From an uncultured Chloroflexia bacterium (lineage in GTDB: Bacteria > Chloroflexota > Dehalococcoidia > UBA2979), in contig CAVSIV010000001.1 in the NCBI GenBank assembly GCA_963728205.1, positions 256,001 through 320,000 of the forward strand: DNA of 64,000 nt, written 5' to 3'. The position numbers and the translations under genes are program-made. Of the stretch, positions 61,896 through 64,000 are shown one piece after another. Numbering within the stretch: the first letter of the stretch is position 1; the number at the start of each line of letters is the position of its first letter. The notes under the pieces are model-generated. The model ran no database searches. It was not told the DNA's origin and worked only from the letters and a program-made list of their open reading frames with translations.

Positions 61896-62536
61896 CAGCG
61901 GTCGCGCCGTTCGGCGGGCCCCGGCGCCGGCGGCCCCGCGGGCGCGTCCGCCGCGTCCGCCGCGAGCAGCGCGCGCGACGCGAGCCAGAGGCGCTGCACC
62001 GCCGTGAGCAGGCTGAGCACCGCGAGAATCCAGAGCGCCGCGCGCAGCAGCCCGAGAATCAGCCCGGCCGCCGTCAGCACGACGCGCTCCTGGCGGCGGA
62101 ACAGGCCGTCGGTCAGCGCGACGTCGAGCCCCTCGGCGCGCGCGCGCACGTACGAGACGAGCAGCGAGCCCACCACTGCGGCGAACGCGAGCAACGTCTC
62201 CTCGCGGCTCCCTCGGTTGAACGCGTAGACCGCGATCCCGAAGAGGACGACCGCCTCCGAGAAGCGATCGAGCACCGAGTCGTAGAGCGCGCCGAACCGC
62301 GACGCGCGGCCGGTCTGCCGCGCCAGCGCGCCGTCGAGCATGTCGAGCCCGCTCGCGAGCAGCACGACGATGCCGCCGGCGAGCAGCGCGCCGCGCGCGA
62401 TCAGGACCGCGGCGATCGCGTTGCCGGCGAGTCCGGCGGTGGTGACCATCGTCGGCGTCACGCCGGCGGCGGCGAGCACCCCGACGATGGGCGCGAGCAC
62501 GTTGGCCGGCAGTCGCTTCGGGAGCAGCGAGGGCAT
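61895..62536 (-). CDS. CDP-alcohol phosphatidyltransferase (PI/PIP synthase-like)
   Basis: DMLDGALAR...GALYDSVLDRFSE, SYVRARAE. Confidence 0.9.
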   Translation of the reverse strand: MPSLLPKRLPANVLAPIVGVLAAAGVTPTMVTTAGLAGNAIAAVLIARGALLAGGIVVLLASGLDMLDGALARQTGRASRFGALYDSVLDRFSEAVVLFGIAVYAFNRGSREETLLAFAAVVGSLLVSYVRARAEGLDVALTDGLFRRQERVVLTAAGLILGLLRAALWILAVLSLLTAVQRLWLASRALLAADAADAPAGPPAPGPAERRDR

Positions 62537-62538
62537 GC

Positions 62539-63744
62539 TCACGAACGCGCGACCGTCCGCGCGGCGGCGTCGAAGCGCCCACCCTCGGCGGGACGGCGCA
62601 CGCCGCGGTAGCTGTGGCGCAGATCGATCAGCCGCTCGTAGTACGAGAGCACCTGCTGCGCGACGTGCGGCCAGCTGTACTCCTCGACGCGACGGCGGCC
62701 GGCACCGGCGAGCGTCGAGCGCAGCGCGGCGTTGCGCAACAGCGTCGTGAGGCCGTTCGCGAGGTCCAGCGTGTCCTTCGGCCGCACGAGCAGCCCGTCG
62801 ACGTTGTGGGTGATCACGGAGGCGTAGCCCTCGATGTTCGTCGCGACGACGGGCACGCTGGCCGCCATCGCCTCGAGCAGCACGTAGCCCTGCGACTCGT
62901 GGCCGGTCGCCGGCGAGCAGAAGATGTCGGCGGAGCGGTGGTAGCGCGGCAGCTCGTCGTAGGAGAGGCCCTCGACAAACACGACGTTGCGCTGGCCGCT
63001 GCGCTCGACGGAGGCGCGGTAGCGGCGCTTCGCCCGCGACTCCGGGCCGACCACGATCAGGCGAGTTGCGGGCATGCGGGCGTTCACGACCCCGAACGCG
63101 CGGAGCAGGTAGCCGAGGCCCTTTCGCTTCTCCGCGCGGCCCACGTAGAGGATGTTCACGAGGCCGTCGTCGAGCTCCGGGATCGGCTCCAGGCGCGGGT
63201 TCGCCCAGTGCGCGATGTCGATGCCGTTCGGGATGATGTTGTAGTAGCCGGGGAAGTAGTGGCCGACGTACTGCGCGGCCGGCGGCGAGACGGCGATCTT
63301 GCCGTCGAGCTCGCGGAACCAGCGCTTGAGCAGCCGGCGCCCGTAGGAATACAGGCGGTTCCCGCCGTCCTTGCGGGCGTGGAACGTGCCGATGTTGACC
63401 GCGTCCGGGTTCGCCGCGTGCGAGTGGCGCAACACCTGGATCGGCAGCACGGGCATCAGCGGCTCGTGGACGTGCACGACGTCGAATTGCTCGCGTTCGA
63501 GGACGGTGCCCACCTGGCGCCCGAGCCGCGGGTTGAGCGAGATGCGCACGACCGAGCCGGACGCGTGCACCGGCAGCGGGCGGCCGATCGGGATGACGTA
63601 CGGGTCGGCGACCGGACGGCTGGCCGGCGCGAGGATGCGCACGTAGTGGCCCCGCTCGCGGAGCTGCTCGGCCAGCGGGCCGACGTGCGCATTCACGCCG
63701 CCCGGCGTGTGCCAGTCGTAGGGCGAGACGAGCGCGATCTTCAT
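62539..63744 (-). CDS. GT4 glycosyltransferase, PimA-like
   Basis: MKIALVSPYDW..PGGV, HVHEP, IPNG, GRAEKRKG, ESQGYVLLEAMA. Confidence 0.85.
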   Translation of the reverse strand: MKIALVSPYDWHTPGGVNAHVGPLAEQLRERGHYVRILAPASRPVADPYVIPIGRPLPVHASGSVVRISLNPRLGRQVGTVLEREQFDVVHVHEPLMPVLPIQVLRHSHAANPDAVNIGTFHARKDGGNRLYSYGRRLLKRWFRELDGKIAVSPPAAQYVGHYFPGYYNIIPNGIDIAHWANPRLEPIPELDDGLVNILYVGRAEKRKGLGYLLRAFGVVNARMPATRLIVVGPESRAKRRYRASVERSGQRNVVFVEGLSYDELPRYHRSADIFCSPATGHESQGYVLLEAMAASVPVVATNIEGYASVITHNVDGLLVRPKDTLDLANGLTTLLRNAALRSTLAGAGRRRVEEYSWPHVAQQVLSYYERLIDLRHSYRGVRRPAEGGRFDAAARTVARS

Positions 63745-63772
63745 CGCCGGGCGCGCCCGCCCCGCGCGCCGC

Positions 63773-64000
63773 TCACGTCGCGCTCCGGCCGGGCAGCAGC
63801 CGCGCGCCGAGCCGCCGCAGCACGGGGCCGGCGACGCGCTTCGGCGTCTCCGACAGGCCGATGACCTGCTGCATCACCAGGCGCCGAGCGCCGATCTGCC
63901 GCCACGACACGGCGGCGCCCTCGACGCCGTGCGTCTGGCGCGACTCGATGGCGCGTCGCAGATCCCCGGCGGTATGGCCCGGGAAGAGGGTGTAGGCGGA
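63773..64000 (-). CDS. C-terminal fragment of a gene entering from the right edge, possibly a PHP-domain protein
   Basis: Manual translation SAYTLFPGHTAGDLRRAIESRQT...PGRSAT*. Confidence 0.5.
   Translation of the reverse strand, partial: SAYTLFPGHTAGDLRRAIESRQTHGVEGAAVSWRQIGARRLVMQQVIGLSETPKRVAGPVLRRLGARLLPGRSAT

Overview
Very GC-rich bacterial chromosome segment, densely coding and mostly housekeeping; gene content and style suggest Chloroflexota, probably Dehalococcoidia-like (inference only). It carries a sulfate assimilation operon (sir-cysH-cysD-cysN), a phoB/phoR/phoU module, and a large aromatic amino acid cluster (tyrA-aroA ... chorismate mutase - T-box - trpE-X-trpG-trpD-trpC-trpF-trpB // desaturase // CPBP-trpA-aroH-aroF). 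It also has scpA-ribF-tyrS, an EF-G paralog, ilvA, recJ, fabD-fabF-fabF, nnr-acpS, folD, a vapBC-type toxin-antitoxin pair, prfB with its programmed frameshift and a pimA/pgsA-like lipid cluster. No rRNA, tRNA, CRISPR array, transposase or prophage was seen. Main observations: (1) a Trp-specifier T-box riboswitch is followed by an unannotated 42-codon leader ORF with tandem Trp codons; the RNA just after those codons can pair over the trpE SD and start, suggesting two-tier Trp sensing; (2) a eukaryote-type (ARO7-like) chorismate mutase lies next to this locus, in addition to an AroH enzyme; (3) a dispersed REP-like palindrome family has 6 copies; (4) an M23 peptidase has an apparent ATC start. 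Five single-base frameshifts (tyrA tail, fabD x2, M23, peptidase MA) look like assembly errors. All calls come from reading the sequence and recalled family motifs; no database search was run.
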